Source: Lama glama (taxonomy: Eukaryota). Taken from it: DNA of 64,000 nt. Numbering within the stretch: position 1 is the stretch's first letter; each line of letters opens with the position of its first letter. Position numbers and translations under genes: made by a program. Shown here one piece after another: positions 63,160-64,000 of this stretch. The stretch is from the NCBI GenBank assembly GCA_028534125.1, contig CM052832.1, positions 6,698,001-6,762,000 on the forward strand, read 5' to 3'. The notes under the pieces were generated by a model. It had not been told where the DNA came from, did not search any database, and was given only the letters and a program-made list of their open reading frames with translations.

Positions 63160-63434
63160 GGGGATGGAGTATACAGCATGACCACCGCAGTCAACAACAC
63201 TGTATTGCGAATTTGAGAGTTGCTAAAGGAATAGATCTTATAAATCCTCATCACAAGAAAAAAAAAAGGTGTCACTATGTGAGGTGATGAATGGTAACTA
63301 AACATATTGTGGCAATCACTTCACCATTTATACACTGATCAAATCATTATGATGTACACCTTATATACGGGCAATGTTATACGTCAATTATATCTCAGTA
63401 AAACTGGGAAAAAATAATACAGAAAAAAAGAAAA
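63160..63434 (+). mobile_element. L1MA/L1MB-type 3' end
   Basis: TACAGCATG...AACACTGTATTG...GTTGCTAAAGGAATAGATCTT...TCAATTATATCTCAGTAAAACTGG plus A tail. Confidence 0.85.
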
Positions 63435-63439
63435 GGAGT

Positions 63440-63975
63440 CATCTGAAGAAAAAGAGTGTCACTGGTGGGAGAGTGAGCTAGTGAGAGACAGATGGCTTGG
63501 AGATTCGGAATAGCCTGCCTTTGGAAACCTGTAAGTCAAAGCTCGGCTGGAGCAGGTGGAGGATGGATTAAGGACAAATATGAGATTGGTCAGTGATTGA
63601 TGGCCATTTTATAAAGGGCCTTTAATGCTAAACCATGCTGTGTTCTAAAAGCTGTGTGAAGCCACTGAAGGGTTTTCTGGAAGAGCTGTACAGCCAGAAC
63701 GTTCTCTTTTAGGAAGACCCGCCTCGCAGTAGATTGATTGATTCGAGGGTAGCCAGACAAGCTAGGGGGACCTGGTGGGGCCATGGGGAGGGCTGTGGAG
63801 GGCCAAGGAATTGGTGTAGGATGGAGTAGATTTGGGAAGGTGGAGAGAACACAGGTGGACTGGTGGGATGTGGGGGAAGGAGAAGAAACAGACCAGGATG
63901 GCGTTCAGCTTCCAGGCTTGAGCAACTGGGGAGATGGGGGCCATTCATTGAGAGAGAAGAGCAGCAGATTTAGAG
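63440..63975 (-). mobile_element. L2 LINE fragment
   Basis: GAAGCCACTGAAGGGTTTT...GGCTTGAGCAACTGGGGAGATGGGGGCCATTCATTGAGA. Confidence 0.75.
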
Positions 63976-64000
63976 GTCCCCCAGAAAGAATGTGGCTTTG

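Overview
Mammalian, not microbial, genomic DNA. It is most likely camelid, because two tRNA-derived Vic-1-type SINEs are present and I saw no ruminant Bov-A2 or pig PRE-1 SINEs. The only host coding sequence I can support is the 87-nt coding part of the alternative first exon of RCAN2 (calcipressin-2/ZAKI-4, short isoform) at 18879-18965 (+), with a GC-rich promoter and 5'UTR at about 18400-18878. The rest is inferred RCAN2 intron; the next common exon was not found. It is densely filled with L1, L2, CR1, MIR, ERV1 and MaLR LTRs and DNA transposons, and has two 500-N assembly gaps. I found no new multi-gene system, and nearly all listed ORFs are chance or repeat-derived. The best leads are: a ~140-bp inverted duplication wrapped around an L1 fragment (1530-2001); a uORF, RNA G-quadruplex and two start codons in the RCAN2 leader; stop-introducing cryptic acceptors just after the exon; a target-site ATG fused in frame to an L1 ORF2 C-terminus; L1 inversion signatures; an AP-1 triplet; and an exact 199-bp duplication across a gap that looks like an assembly artefact. 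Repeat subfamily names come from recalled consensus sequences, not from a search.
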